Shown one piece after another: positions 19,686 to 20,000 of a DNA stretch of 20,000 nt. The stretch comes from Spirogloea muscicola (Eukaryota). Every line of letters begins with the position of its first letter. Positions within the stretch are counted from its first letter, which is position 1. The stretch is taken from assembly GCA_009602725.1 (NCBI GenBank), contig WELB01000020.1, forward strand, positions 418,223-438,222, written 5' to 3'. Made by a program: the position numbers and the translations under genes. A model generated the notes under the pieces. It searched no databases and was not told the DNA's origin. It saw only the letters and a program-made list of their open reading frames with translations.

Positions 19686-20000
19686 CCTCGCCTGCCGGCA
19701 CTGGCGATGCAGCTGCCACTGGCACCGCTCCGCTGATCCCAGAGCCTGCCCGCTGGAGCTGCGCTGCTGGACTGCCGGCGACTGCCGCCGGTCAGGCCGC
19801 CGTTCTCGGTCCTCGGCTGTCGGCCTTGCGGTGCATCAGAGAGGTGTCTAACCCTGAGCCTCTCAATCCGGCGGCCCGCTGGTGCTTATGTGCACACCCG
19901 AAACCCCCGCCGGCGGCCGGCTGCCGGGCGGGCTAGCCGGCCCGATGCCAGGCAGAGCCGGTGCGACGCTGCCGCGGCCGCCAAGGCGCCGCCGCCGCCG

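Overview
Eukaryotic, intron-rich (GT-AG, mostly 150-350 nt introns) nuclear DNA with GC-rich promoter/first-exon islands. The gene content is land-plant-like (ANK/CCCH-type C-terminus, PKP4-type pyruvate kinase, FBT4-type transporter), most consistent with a streptophyte green alga or early-diverging plant; the species cannot be fixed from sequence alone. Splice models were built by hand with intron phases checked. (1) 3' end of a tandem CCCH zinc-finger (TZF/OXS2/SZF-like) gene on + (<2..667). (2) A 17-exon PKP4-type pyruvate kinase on + (2788..8761, about 805 aa) with a K+-independent signature and no C domain. (3) An 8-exon gene on - (13142..10063, about 422 aa), largely missed by the ORF track, encoding a predicted secreted beta-propeller protein; it is preceded by two further putative exons carrying a spliced 81-aa upstream ORF. 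(4) A 7-exon folate/biopterin (BT1) transporter on - (19685..16546, about 561 aa). Between genes 3 and 4 lies a 1.35-kb cluster of about 12 degenerate direct and inverted copies of a 45-80 bp unit that forms nested inverted repeats; its core motif recurs in the pyruvate kinase promoter. No rRNA, tRNA, CRISPR array or autonomous transposon was seen. Most entries in the ORF track are exon fragments or GC-rich shadow ORFs.
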